Positions 24,164 to 33,049 of a stretch of 63,643 nucleotides of DNA are shown in pieces. The first letter of the stretch is position 1; every line of letters begins with the position of its first letter. The notes beneath the pieces are model-generated. The model worked only from the letters and a program-made list of their open reading frames with translations, was not told where the DNA came from and made no database searches. The translations under genes were made by a program, and so were the position numbers. This DNA comes from Patescibacteria group bacterium (GTDB lineage Bacteria > Patescibacteriota > Microgenomatia > UBA1400 > PJMF01): contig JAHDXH010000004.1 of the NCBI GenBank assembly GCA_023382875.1, positions 1 through 63,643 of the forward strand, in the 5' to 3' direction.

Positions 24164-25786
24164 TTAGAGCTCAACAACTTTGCCATCCATTTTTTTGACG
24201 AAGTAGGTATCGTGAGTAATATATAAAATTCCACCTTCAAATTTTAATAAAGCATTTTCCAACTCTTCAATTGAAGGCAAGTCTAAATGGTTAGTTGGCT
24301 CGTCTAAAATAAGTAGGTTTGGTTCGCCAATAAACATCTTAATTAGTTGGAAACGGGCTTTTTGTCCACCAGAAAGGTTGGCAATTTTTTGACTACCGTC
24401 ATTTTTTGGCTCGAATAAATATTGAGCCATAATTTTTTTGATTTCAGTGTCAATAATGTTAACGTTTTTTTCTTCGTAGCTTAACCTAATCGCATCTTCT
24501 AATTTCATGGACAAATATTTTTGACTAATTTCTTGTTCGTACTCACCAATGCGCACATCACTATCAATAGTAATATCACCTTCCAAAATGTGGGCTTTAG
24601 TTTCATGGCCACTGGCCATGCCCATGATAGTTCTGACTAAAGTACTTTTGCCGGCACCATTTTTACCTTTGATAAAAACTCTTTCATTGCCGTTTAAAGT
24701 AAAATTTAATCCAGAAAAAACCGGCTCGTTGTATCCCAAAGCCAAATTTCTAACTTTGATTAATTCCACGCCGCGGCTGTTTTCACTGGAAACAGAAATT
24801 TTGATATTTTTCTCTTTGAACTTGTGATAAGAATTAACAACTTTTTTGTCCAAAGCTTCGACAGAAGTTTGGTCAATCCAAAAAGATGGCTTGACTGTTT
24901 CGGCTTTAATTTTTTCGTAATCACGAAGCCAGTGGTCATAACGAATTTTCCACTGTTTGCTTTTGGCTCTCATTTGCAAACCCCACTCAACTCTTTTTTT
25001 AGCTTCTTTTAATCTATTCAGTTGATCCGAATAGTTTTTGACAGAGGTCAAAGTGTTGTTGGCGTTCTGAGAAATATATTGGTCGTAATTACCATTGAAT
25101 GTGATTAATTTTTGGTCTTTGAGCTCAATGATTTTAGTGACGTGTTTTAAAACATCGCGGTCGTGAGTGACCACGACCACTGTTTGAGGCAAACTTCTCA
25201 TCCAAGAAATAAAGCGATTTTTGCCGTGATAGTCCATATGGTTGGTTGGTTCATCGACGAGAAGCAAGTCAGCTTTAGAGAACATCATTCTCGCCATTTC
25301 CACATAACGCTTTTCACCACCTGACAAATTAGCTAAAGGTAAATGAGCTTCATTGTCACTAATACCAAAATCTTTGAGGGTACTTAAAATAGAGCCTTCA
25401 ATATTGAAATATTTGTTGTCGGTAAAATATTCCAAGATTTCTAAGTAACGCTCTGAGTATTCAATTAAGCCAGCTTCAAAGTCATCGATAATTTTTTTAT
25501 ATTCAAAATAATGGGGAACGTCATGCAAAATATAATTAAGTGCCGATTGCTCGTTATTGTGAATATGTTCCTGCTTGGTGAGAGTGACACGCAAACCTTT
25601 GCGAGTGCTAATTTTTCCATCAAAGTCATGATCTTCACCACTCAGTATTTTTAACAGTGTAGTTTTGCCATGACCGTTACGACCAATCAAAGCAATTTTT
25701 TCACCTTCGACGATCGTCATATTAAGCTCCTTAAAAAGAAGCTTGACGCCCATGGTTTTAGCTAGATTAATCGCAGAAAGTAGCAT
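24164..25786 (-). CDS. ABC-F family ATPase (two ABC domains, no TM domain)
   Basis: 540 aa. Two Walker A motifs (GRNGHGKTT, GKNGAGKST), two signatures (LSGGEK, LSGGQK) and two Walker B motifs (LLVDEPTNHMD, LILDEPTNHLD). Confidence 0.9.
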   Translation of the reverse strand: MLLSAINLAKTMGVKLLFKELNMTIVEGEKIALIGRNGHGKTTLLKILSGEDHDFDGKISTRKGLRVTLTKQEHIHNNEQSALNYILHDVPHYFEYKKIIDDFEAGLIEYSERYLEILEYFTDNKYFNIEGSILSTLKDFGISDNEAHLPLANLSGGEKRYVEMARMMFSKADLLLVDEPTNHMDYHGKNRFISWMRSLPQTVVVVTHDRDVLKHVTKIIELKDQKLITFNGNYDQYISQNANNTLTSVKNYSDQLNRLKEAKKRVEWGLQMRAKSKQWKIRYDHWLRDYEKIKAETVKPSFWIDQTSVEALDKKVVNSYHKFKEKNIKISVSSENSRGVELIKVRNLALGYNEPVFSGLNFTLNGNERVFIKGKNGAGKSTLVRTIMGMASGHETKAHILEGDITIDSDVRIGEYEQEISQKYLSMKLEDAIRLSYEEKNVNIIDTEIKKIMAQYLFEPKNDGSQKIANLSGGQKARFQLIKMFIGEPNLLILDEPTNHLDLPSIEELENALLKFEGGILYITHDTYFVKKMDGKVVEL

Positions 25787-25792
25787 GGAGGA

Positions 25793-25798
25793 ATTATA
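25793..25798 (-). promoter_or_regulatory. -10 box TATAAT 6 nt upstream of the ABC-F ATG (minus strand)
   Basis: The minus strand reads caggTATAATtcctccATG. No SD. Confidence 0.35.
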
Positions 25799-25848
25799 CC
25801 TGAGAAAGTTAAATTATGTTTAGACACTGTCATCCTTATCACTTGAGT

Positions 25849-25867
25849 ATTTATATCCTATAATATT
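25849..25867 (+). promoter_or_regulatory. Second copy of the 19-nt element ATTTATATCCTATAATATT
   Basis: Identical to 4789-4807. It contains TATAAT and the imperfect palindrome TTATA-tcc-TATAA, and is preceded by CTTGA as in copy 1. Confidence 0.45.
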
Positions 25868-25972
25868 GATTTTTTATGATTTTGCGATATAATGAGTTGC
25901 TGAATTTTTCAGTCAGTTGCTCAAGCAACTGTGCACCTTAAACGCGGTTTAGATGAAAGGATGTGTAATAAG

Positions 25973-26677
25973 ATGAAACAGCTTCCTCTGAAGTTTGTTC
26001 TCATGCTCGTAATTGCCTCGACGTTGCTTTTGAGCATTCCCAACGCTATGGCGTATGAAGCTCAGAACTGCATTACCATCGAGACTCACAACTACTATGC
26101 CCGGGAAGTCCACAATGACTTTATCGTGCGGAACATAGAAGTTTGTCTGAGTCATACCACCAAGTCGATTTCCTATGAATTGCCACCTTTGACCGTACCA
26201 TTGGTCTTGGAGGCAACCGACAATGCGACTCTGACTGTTCGCTTATCGCCCATCGACAACCCTCAACAGCCATTTTTTGTTTTGGCTGGCGAAAGTGTAG
26301 AAGTGGTGTTGCCACAATCAGAAGAGCCTGTTCGTTACCAAATGGAAGTTTCGACCCTAAATGGTTCTGGCGATGTCATCGAAGGTTTCATTGACGGACA
26401 AGTTATCGGCAGAATTTTGCTCCGTGAAACTCGGTCAACAAATCGGAACTCTTTGATTGCCGCACTGGGTGGACTTTCGACAGAGTGGCAGTTCATGGTT
26501 GCGTCTCGCCCGCCTCGTAGCTTGGTTCAGTTTGGTTTAATCACCACTCCAAACGAAGCCGGTGAGTTTAACCTGAGCGAAGATGGTTGGATTCGGATGT
26601 CGCGCACTATCGAAGTATTGGGTGATGAGTGGCTTGATGGCGGTTATTTCGCTATCAAAGCAACTTTTCCCAAGTAA
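25973..26677 (+). CDS. Secreted hypothetical protein (GC-rich, foreign-looking)
   Basis: About 234 aa from ATG 25973 (the track gives GTG 25931). Signal peptide MKQLPLKFVLMLVIASTLLLSIPNAMA. No recognisable motif. Local composition is clearly richer in G+C and CG dinucleotides than the flanks. Confidence 0.65.
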   Translation: MKQLPLKFVLMLVIASTLLLSIPNAMAYEAQNCITIETHNYYAREVHNDFIVRNIEVCLSHTTKSISYELPPLTVPLVLEATDNATLTVRLSPIDNPQQPFFVLAGESVEVVLPQSEEPVRYQMEVSTLNGSGDVIEGFIDGQVIGRILLRETRSTNRNSLIAALGGLSTEWQFMVASRPPRSLVQFGLITTPNEAGEFNLSEDGWIRMSRTIEVLGDEWLDGGYFAIKATFPK

Positions 26678-26725
26678 ATGCACTTCGCGTCGCGTCTGAA
26701 CTCTCGCCGCGTTTCCAAACTAAAG

Positions 26726-26754
26726 CTCCCACCCGTCAAAAGGTGGGAGTTTTT
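26726..26754 (+). terminator. Intrinsic terminator
   Basis: Stem ctcccacc (26726-26733) pairs with ggtgggag (26742-26749), with an 8-nt loop, followed by ttttt. Confidence 0.75.
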
Positions 26755-26761
26755 GTATTAA

Positions 26762-27181
26762 TTATGGAGAAGGTGAGACCTCTAGAATATTTACCGAGTC
26801 GGTAATCGAAAAAATTCCTTCAATAGGATATCTTTGCCATTGGTTGGTGCTTAAATTTTCAATTGGTGTAATTAAGCCGGTGGCAGAAAATTTATCGCCG
26901 GCTCTAAACGTTGGCATTTCTTGAGAAGACAGGCTGAAATCAACCGCATAATATTCGCTGGCTTCAGTTTTTATACCAAAAGCACATTCTTCGGTTTGCG
27001 GTCCAGTTTGATCTTTGTGAGGGAGACAGACAAATTCACCTGATAAAGTGCCGCGGTACGGAGTGGTAGCGTCGGAGTTGGGTTGTTGTTTTTGATCGTA
27101 AATGTAATTGTTGAAAGCAAAAAAACCTGCACTTAAAAAACCTATAGCGAGGACAATTGTGGCAAACGTTTTGGTTTTCAT
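26762..27181 (-). CDS. Membrane-anchored hypothetical protein
   Basis: 139-aa ORF with an N-terminal TM/signal helix. Its start overlaps the stop of the upstream ORF. Confidence 0.6.
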   Translation of the reverse strand: MKTKTFATIVLAIGFLSAGFFAFNNYIYDQKQQPNSDATTPYRGTLSGEFVCLPHKDQTGPQTEECAFGIKTEASEYYAVDFSLSSQEMPTFRAGDKFSATGLITPIENLSTNQWQRYPIEGIFSITDSVNILEVSPSP

Positions 27182-27861
27182 TATTGGACAAATTTAAGCG
27201 TTGATAAAATTTGCTCAGTGGTTTGTTGATATGCGGGTCGATCTTGATCTTCACCGACATAAAGTGCGGTAATTCTGTAAATGATTGTACCCACCTTGAC
27301 TGTGGTCTGGGTGAAGTCTGAACAGCCGGTGGCTGAAAATTGTCTTGCGTTGAGACCATCAACAATGACAGGCTTCAAAGCAGAAACTTGACCATTGTCA
27401 GTCGTACAATTAGTAATAGCGCTTTTTCTCTCTGTTTCAGCAACTTGTTCTAAGACTGCATTCGACTCAACCGGAATTGGCTCAACTCTGAAAATAAAAC
27501 CATCAAACAACTCAGTCTGTGTTCTGCTGGAAGCCATTTGTTTTGGTCCCATAAGTCTAACAAAACTTTCTGTTTGTCTTGATTCTGCTAAAGCACCATC
27601 TGGGTATCTAAAAGAAAAGGTAGCGCTGGATAAAAGTGGCCAATTTGAGGTATCTACTTGTGTGTCAGGTGAAGATGTTGATGTGGTTTCTACTTCTGGT
27701 GCAGGGGACGCCACCGGGGTGGGGCTGACTTGGGTTTGGTTGGCGGTATTTACTGATTGGTTTTTGGGCATGAAAGCTGACAAGCCAATTAAAATTAATG
27801 CCACCGAAATAATAGTTAAAAATGTTTTTTGAGCACCACCTAAATTCGTATTCATTATCAT
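27181..27861 (-). CDS. Membrane-anchored hypothetical protein
   Basis: 226-aa ORF with an N-terminal TM helix, a Thr/Ser/Pro-rich linker and then a globular domain. Confidence 0.6.
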   Translation of the reverse strand: MIMNTNLGGAQKTFLTIISVALILIGLSAFMPKNQSVNTANQTQVSPTPVASPAPEVETTSTSSPDTQVDTSNWPLLSSATFSFRYPDGALAESRQTESFVRLMGPKQMASSRTQTELFDGFIFRVEPIPVESNAVLEQVAETERKSAITNCTTDNGQVSALKPVIVDGLNARQFSATGCSDFTQTTVKVGTIIYRITALYVGEDQDRPAYQQTTEQILSTLKFVQ

Positions 27862-27937
27862 ATATAGCTAATCTTAGCGCATTTATCGAGATTTTTTGTA
27901 TTAAATTGGTAAGAAATTTGATTTATAATCAAGTGTA

Positions 27938-29026
27938 ATGAGTAAGGAAAAAAGAATTTTTTGTCCATTTTGTCATGAATTAATTATGCCTGAAGCTAAA
28001 AAATGCAGGCATTGTGGTGAGTGGTTGTCGGATAAAAATAGCAAAAATGTTGTAACTCCTAACAAAGTAATGCTTAAAATTTGGTTTTTAGGTTGGGTTA
28101 CAACAATGGTGATTTTTTATCTAACTTTACTCTCAGTAGATTTCAATTTTACCAATACCAATTCTTTCTTCGCGATTCTTTTAGTTGTGGATGCTTTAGT
28201 GGGAATTTTGGCATTTATGGGAGTTATTTTGGCAATTTTTGTGGGTTTTTTCAAAAAAAATGAACGAAAAAATTCTTTATTATATTTTTTGATTACATTA
28301 GCGCTTTTTATTTTATTTTTTATTTTGCTTTTGAATTTACCTTCAAGTAATTTGCAAAATCCACCTTCAACTGTTCCTGATAATTTGTCTAGTCCCACAC
28401 CTTTCTCTTCACCTTCGCCAACCCCAACGTCAAAAACTAACACTGATTCAACAAATACGGCGACTGAAAAATTAAATCCAAATGACCCAGTTCATTGTCC
28501 TGTTTCTGATAAATGCGGAGGTGGTACTAAGCCATTGAAAAGAGCAGAATGCGAAAATTCAGTTTGTTGCGAGATAGGTGATAAATGGGTTTTTTACACT
28601 GATCGCGATCAGTGTATTAGGGATCAAGGTGGTAATCCGGCTAATGCTGGAAAAAAGAAAGTCCCTGTTTTTCTTGTTCATAATTCTGCTACGGTTTTTT
28701 GTCCAGAGGACAATGTCGATGCGGTCAAAGCTGCTTCTCAACAAGCTAAGGACGAGCAAAATAAGTCTAGAGATTGTTTGAATAAAAGTTCAGACTATTA
28801 TAGTCAATGCACTTCGACTTGCTGGGATATTTATATGTCTCCTACTAGATGTGACTATTGGGAATATTCCCATGATTCATTTGATTCTTGTTTGAGTTAC
28901 TATAGTGAACAATATAGATCCTGTTCAGATAGTTGTGGTAGGAGTCAAGACCTTTCAGATGAAGCTTGTTCTTCAAAGTATTACACCGATTATGTAAATA
29001 AGTTGGTTAATAGTTTGTGTAACTAG
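27938..29026 (+). CDS. Zinc-ribbon / multi-TM / Cys-rich extracytoplasmic protein
   Basis: 362 aa. An N-terminal CPFC..CRHC zinc ribbon is followed by 3-4 TM helices, the linker PTPFSSPSPTPTS, and a C-terminal domain with many Cys. TATAAT lies 8 nt upstream of the ATG. Confidence 0.7.
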   Translation: MSKEKRIFCPFCHELIMPEAKKCRHCGEWLSDKNSKNVVTPNKVMLKIWFLGWVTTMVIFYLTLLSVDFNFTNTNSFFAILLVVDALVGILAFMGVILAIFVGFFKKNERKNSLLYFLITLALFILFFILLLNLPSSNLQNPPSTVPDNLSSPTPFSSPSPTPTSKTNTDSTNTATEKLNPNDPVHCPVSDKCGGGTKPLKRAECENSVCCEIGDKWVFYTDRDQCIRDQGGNPANAGKKKVPVFLVHNSATVFCPEDNVDAVKAASQQAKDEQNKSRDCLNKSSDYYSQCTSTCWDIYMSPTRCDYWEYSHDSFDSCLSYYSEQYRSCSDSCGRSQDLSDEACSSKYYTDYVNKLVNSLCN

Positions 29027-29388
29027 ATTTTCTCCAAAAATTTTTTCAAGTGTTGTTGTCTTTTTACTCGACCCTTTTGCAAACTATCTGCCAATGAGCT
29101 AATCACAAATAAGCCCAAGCCTACGCCCATAAAAATCAGAACCATAGTGAAGATTTTGCTGGCGTCTTTAGTAGGGTGTAAATCGCCATAGCCCACGGTA
29201 GCAATTGTCACGACAGTAAAATAGAGAGAATCTAAAACATTCCAACCTTCTTGGTAATGGTAAAAAGTAGTGCCAGTAGCAAGAAGTATTAGTAGGGTGG
29301 TTAGGGTAGACAGAAAATGTTCTGGCGGCTCTACGCCCGTAATATGCAGATGAAGTTTAGAGGCTAACTTTTTGAGCAAGTTTTTCAT
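29023..29388 (-). CDS. Two-TM potassium channel
   Basis: Selectivity filter TVGYGD lies between two TM helices. ATG 29388 is preferred because the minus strand reads TATAATcaaatttATG. The track gives GTG 29412. Confidence 0.8.
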   Translation of the reverse strand: MKNLLKKLASKLHLHITGVEPPEHFLSTLTTLLILLATGTTFYHYQEGWNVLDSLYFTVVTIATVGYGDLHPTKDASKIFTMVLIFMGVGLGLFVISSLADSLQKGRVKRQQHLKKFLEKI

Positions 29389-29527
29389 AAATTTGATTAT
29401 ACTCTCGCCCACTTTTGCTTACTACTGTGTACTAGTTCACTAGTTTACAAAATAATATACATTTGTTAAACTTCAAACATGAAAGAAAAATATCTTCATC
29501 CAAACCAGCAAGTTGAAATTTTAGGTT

Positions 29528-32083
29528 TTGGTTATCCACACCTTTGCCAGTTGGAGCATGTTTGGCGAGCAGACTAAGCGGGGAAAAAAGTTTGGTGGTA
29601 AGGCAGAGAATTTAAGTTTATTAGTAGCCAACGGTATTCCTGTTCCTGAGGCGCAAGTTATTTCCACAGAGAGTTTTACTGAGTTTAAAAGAACTGGTCA
29701 AATTGGCCAGGAGTTAATTTTGACTTTAGAAAAAGTCCGCCAAAATTTTGGTGGCAAAATTGCCTTGAGAAGTTCAGCTACTTGCGAAGATGGTGACAGG
29801 CTGAGTATGTCAGGTGTTTTTGAGACTTTTTACTTGGATGAAGACCATTCAATAGAAGATTGTTTACACAAAATTTATGAGCAAGCACAGTCACAAACCG
29901 TTCAAGATTACTTGGCTCTTCATGATTTAAGTGGTGAACAAGTGGAGATGGCTGTGGTGGTGCAAAAATTAATTGAACCGGATGTGGCAGGTGTGATTTA
30001 TACCGGTGTCGAAGGCAATCTTTTGATTCAATACGCAAGTGGTTTTGGTTCTAATTTAGTTGATGGTGTGGTGGAAGGTGCATCAATTGTTTACTCTCCT
30101 AATGAAGATAAACTTATTAAATCAAAAAACTCTGATTTGTTGAAAATTTCTTCAGAAAAATTAAGAGAGCTCGCTACATTAGCTAGTAAAATTTGTAAGA
30201 TTTTTCCTAACTCAGCTCAAGACATTGAATTTGCAATAGAAGGTGACAATATTCATATTTTGCAAGCTCGCACTTTGACAGCAGAAGCTGATGGTTTTGA
30301 TTTAGAAATGAGTGAGACAGAAATTGTTAATTACATTAAAGAGCAGATTAGACAAATTGTTGATAAAGAAAAAGCTGAGCTGGGCACAACAAATGTGATT
30401 TTGAGCGATAGTAATTTTAGTGAGTTACTTCCCCATCCCAAAGAAATGGACTTTGGTGTTTTTGCACATATTTTCACTGGAAGAAATGGGCAGGCAGGTG
30501 CTATTCAACTAGGTAGAAAACAAATGGGTTACCCTCTGGGCGAAGAATCGGTGGGCTACATGGATTATGTGGGAGGAAAACCATACTTTAGCATTGCCAA
30601 AGATGCTCACACTTTTTATGCAGGTTTCCCAGCTACTAAGGATGAATATACTCAAACATTTGTTGAAGAATATTTGGCGTCTATTAATGAACATCCAGAA
30701 AGAGGTGAGTATCCGGAAATGGGCTTGTACGTTCAGGATCCAAGTTTGGAAGAGCTGGTGAACAGATTTGGCGAAGTGGCTGGTCAACAATATTTTCAAG
30801 TTTATTTAAATTTTAAAGAAACAATGAAGAAGCAGGCCGAGTTGTTTTTGCCTGAATATTTGTTAAACCAAAAGTCCGCCATTGATTCGTTTATCGTTCA
30901 TCATGAAGCCATTGATTTTTCTCAACTAACGACTGAAGAATTAGGTAAACAGGCCATGGAAATTTTGGAACATTTAAGGACAGTTTCTTGTGTCCAATTT
31001 GTCAAATCAGCTCGCTTGGGATTTTATTTTTCCCAGCGTTTGCAAACTTTATTAAAAGACAATTTTGGTTTCAATGAAGATGAAGTAACTTCAATGTTTG
31101 CCAAACTAAATCAAGGTTTAGATGACAGTGAAATTACTAATGCCAATTTAAAAATTGCCCAGTCCAGTAGTTTAGATGAAGCTTTGGAAGTTGGAAAAAG
31201 ATTAGTGGGTCACTATAGTACTGGCGAGATGTTGGAAATCAGACACCCCCGTTTAAAAGATGACGAGGTAGCGCTTGGGCAATATGTGGGGGGAATTTTT
31301 TCTTCTGGCTCGCAATATGTACAAGAGTTTGAAAGACAAAAAAGTGATCGTCAGGAAGTGGAGATAAAACTTAAAGAGCGTCTAGTCGGAAATACTGAAG
31401 TAAGTGGAGAATTCACACGGGTTTTGGAAGCTTCACAAACTTATATGTCGCTTCGTGAAACTGTGAAATATCAATTCGTCAAAGAGTATGCGATTTTACG
31501 AGATATTTTGGTAGAGTTGGCTAATAAGCTAGAGATGCCGGCAGAGGATATATTTTCACTGTATCCTGAAGAAATTTTAGATTTGGTTCAAAATCCTACT
31601 CACTTCCCTGCCCTGATTGCAGAGAGACAAGAAAGATTTGGCAAATATTCATTGCTTGATTTACCATCAGTGATTCGCGAAAGCGATATTGATTTGATTG
31701 GCGAAGCTGAGTCTAGTGAGCAAATAGCAAATCTAGAGTTGTTGGGAAAGTTTTTGGCAGGTGGTAAAGCTTTGGCTGAGGCTATTATTGTTAACCTTGA
31801 AGATTTTGAAACAGTCGAAGCGGCGAGAGAAGTTCTGCTTTTTTACCGAAATCAAGCTTTGCCAATTGTGTTGGTCGCTTCACAAATGAATTTGAGTCAC
31901 GATCCATTGATTGTTCAAGCTGATGGATTAGTGATTGAAAATGCAGGCTTAGTTTCTCATGGAGCACAGCGTGCACGTGAACTTGGCCGAGGAGCAATAG
32001 GCGGGATAAAAGCCAAAAAATTAAAAACAGGCGAGCGAGTCAGTTTTAATCCGAGTTTGAAAAAGATTATAAAAAATAGTTGA
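29528..32083 (+). CDS. PEP-utilising enzyme of PEP synthase / rifampicin-phosphotransferase-like architecture
   Basis: 851 aa. It has an N-terminal ATP-grasp PPDK_N-type region (FGGKAENLSLL, IEFAIEGDNIHILQARTL), a long central domain, and a C-terminal swivel phosphohistidine motif GLVSHGAQRARELG. Start is TTG 29528 or ATG 29558. Confidence 0.8.
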   Translation: MVIHTFASWSMFGEQTKRGKKFGGKAENLSLLVANGIPVPEAQVISTESFTEFKRTGQIGQELILTLEKVRQNFGGKIALRSSATCEDGDRLSMSGVFETFYLDEDHSIEDCLHKIYEQAQSQTVQDYLALHDLSGEQVEMAVVVQKLIEPDVAGVIYTGVEGNLLIQYASGFGSNLVDGVVEGASIVYSPNEDKLIKSKNSDLLKISSEKLRELATLASKICKIFPNSAQDIEFAIEGDNIHILQARTLTAEADGFDLEMSETEIVNYIKEQIRQIVDKEKAELGTTNVILSDSNFSELLPHPKEMDFGVFAHIFTGRNGQAGAIQLGRKQMGYPLGEESVGYMDYVGGKPYFSIAKDAHTFYAGFPATKDEYTQTFVEEYLASINEHPERGEYPEMGLYVQDPSLEELVNRFGEVAGQQYFQVYLNFKETMKKQAELFLPEYLLNQKSAIDSFIVHHEAIDFSQLTTEELGKQAMEILEHLRTVSCVQFVKSARLGFYFSQRLQTLLKDNFGFNEDEVTSMFAKLNQGLDDSEITNANLKIAQSSSLDEALEVGKRLVGHYSTGEMLEIRHPRLKDDEVALGQYVGGIFSSGSQYVQEFERQKSDRQEVEIKLKERLVGNTEVSGEFTRVLEASQTYMSLRETVKYQFVKEYAILRDILVELANKLEMPAEDIFSLYPEEILDLVQNPTHFPALIAERQERFGKYSLLDLPSVIRESDIDLIGEAESSEQIANLELLGKFLAGGKALAEAIIVNLEDFETVEAAREVLLFYRNQALPIVLVASQMNLSHDPLIVQADGLVIENAGLVSHGAQRARELGRGAIGGIKAKKLKTGERVSFNPSLKKIIKNS

Positions 32084-32109
32084 CTCCCCTATGGTTTATA
32101 ATGGGAGTT

Positions 32110-32367
32110 ATGAATGAAAAAGAGTTGTTTGAGCAATTAGTTAAGGCCATGATGGTTTATAAAAAACCAGCTGATTTAAAACAATTCTTAACAGCCATTC
32201 TAACTCCCAAAGAACTAGGAGAAATCTCTACAAGATTGGAAATTGTAAAGTTGCTAAAAAAGGGCGTCCCACAACGAGAGATTGCTAAAAAATTGGGTGT
32301 GGGTGTGGCTACTGTAACGAGGGGTTCACGCGAATTGAGCCGGGGTAATTTTAAAGATATTGATTAA
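32110..32367 (+). CDS. TrpR-like YerC/YecD family DNA-binding protein
   Basis: About 85 aa. LTPKELGEISTRLEIVKLLKKGVPQREIAKKLGVGVATVTRGSREL matches the YerC/YecD pattern. TATAAT lies 7 nt upstream of ATG 32110. Confidence 0.8.
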   Translation: MNEKELFEQLVKAMMVYKKPADLKQFLTAILTPKELGEISTRLEIVKLLKKGVPQREIAKKLGVGVATVTRGSRELSRGNFKDID

Positions 32368-32468
32368 TTTTATGAGAAGAATGGTTATTTTGATCGGGAT
32401 ATTTGCAATGCTTTATTTGGCTTTTACTAGCTTGAGAGATATTTTCTTTTCTCACTAATGTTTGATGT

Positions 32469-32975
32469 TTAGTTTTTGAATTTATCCAAAGCAGCTTTCA
32501 AAGCTCTAGCTATGGTATTGGTAGTTCTGACTTTTTCATTGTCAGTCATGGCATTAAATTCTTCGGCGCTTTTGGGGAAAACACGCATAATTTCTGAAAA
32601 AATCTGGTTAGCTTCTGGATATAGGTCTAAGGTGTTTTGAAAGGCTAATTGCACATAGCCTAAGGCTAATAAATTGTTATATCTTAGACGATTTTTTTGA
32701 TACCAAATGAAAAGCTTAGGGTCGGTGGTTTCTACAATGGCGTAGAAGTTTCTTCTTTTATGATGCTCGCGACCAAATTCATCTTTGATGGTTGGGGCAG
32801 TCAGAAAATCACTCAACGCTTCGGCGATTTGATTTATTTTTGGATCTTCAAAGTGGGGAACATTGGTACCGAGGTCTAAGACTTTGATTTTATAGCCGTG
32901 TTGTTTGCCCAATGATTCAAGGGACTTGGCTAAAATCTGTGTTTCGGGGTTGTGATGAGCAGCCTCATTGAGCAT
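32469..32975 (-). CDS. Hypothetical protein
   Basis: 168-aa ORF with no recognisable motif. Confidence 0.55.
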   Translation of the reverse strand: MLNEAAHHNPETQILAKSLESLGKQHGYKIKVLDLGTNVPHFEDPKINQIAEALSDFLTAPTIKDEFGREHHKRRNFYAIVETTDPKLFIWYQKNRLRYNNLLALGYVQLAFQNTLDLYPEANQIFSEIMRVFPKSAEEFNAMTDNEKVRTTNTIARALKAALDKFKN

Positions 32976-33049
32976 AGACGGAATAATATTAACATAAACA
33001 AACCAACTCCCTGAAGCGGGAGTTGGCTGCCTGTCCAGCGGTTTGCTGT

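Noticed and set aside
29479-29577. A 32-codon ORF (MKEKYLHPNQQVEILGF...) overlapping the start of the PEP-utilising enzyme gene, considered as a leader peptide or a frameshifted true N-terminus.
   Set aside because: The main frame from TTG 29528 already gives the family-typical spacing of about 22 aa before the FGGKAENL motif. The small ORF has no SD or -10 box and no supporting conservation that I can see.
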